From assembly GCF_006345805.1 (NCBI RefSeq), contig NC_042999.1, positions 17,794,001 to 17,858,000 of the forward strand: a stretch of 64,000 bases of DNA, read 5' to 3'. The DNA is from Octopus sinensis (Eukaryota). The translations under genes and the position numbers were made by a program. Shown here piece after piece: positions 63,485 through 64,000 of this stretch. Below the pieces are notes generated by a model. The model ran no database searches. It was given only the letters and a program-made list of their open reading frames with translations, and was not told the DNA's origin. How positions within the stretch are numbered: position 1 is the stretch's first letter; each line of letters begins with the position of its first letter.

Positions 63485-63817
63485 CATGAATATATATATA
63501 TGTATATTTATATATATTATATATATTCATATATATTCATATATATATATATTTATATATATTTATATATATATATATATTTATATATATTTATATATAT
63601 ATATATATTTATATATTTATATATATATATGTATTATATATATATTTATATATAGTTATATATATATGTATATATAGTTATATATATATATTTTATATAA
63701 TATATTTATATATATTTATATATATATATACTATATATATATTTATATATATTTATATATATATACTTATATATTTATATATATTTATATATATTTATAT
63801 ATATATATACTTATATA

Positions 63818-63864
<47 letters not shown>

Positions 63865-63885
63865 GTATATATATATATATGTATT

Positions 63886-63916
<31 letters not shown>

Positions 63917-64000
63917 GTGTATATATATATATGTATATATATATTTATATATATATATATATAATATATATATATATACGTATATATATATATGCATCTG
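63485..64000. repeat. degenerate (TA)n/(TATT) tract running off the window
   Basis: Directly visible. Confidence 0.97.

Overview
AT-rich, microsatellite-saturated eukaryotic DNA with no intact protein-coding gene that I can support. The composition and the tRNA-derived SINE families point to an octopus-type cephalopod genome (inference). Almost all long ORFs in the supplied track are translated (TA)n/(CA)n/(TAA)n/(CTA)n microsatellites. The recognisable content is transposable-element debris: about 20 SINE copies; a CR1-group LINE 3' part; R4/Dong-like restriction-like-endonuclease (RLE) LINE fragments with (TAA)n tails; an RTE 3' end nested inside a full-length decayed mariner; and a hAT C-terminal remnant. 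The most interesting signal is a set of small non-coding elements carrying type I hammerhead ribozyme (HHR) motifs from at least five unrelated sequence families. Several sit as diverging inverted pairs, the architecture known for Penelope-like element pseudo-LTRs and retrozymes. The best case is 26351-28029: a tandem dimer of an about 850-bp, largely self-complementary unit with an HHR on both strands. Transcripts of either polarity would be predicted to self-cleave into 852-nt monomers, a viroid-like or retrozyme-like design. Ribozyme calls come from motif and base-pairing inspection only; activity is untested, and the near-identical duplications could be assembly artefacts.
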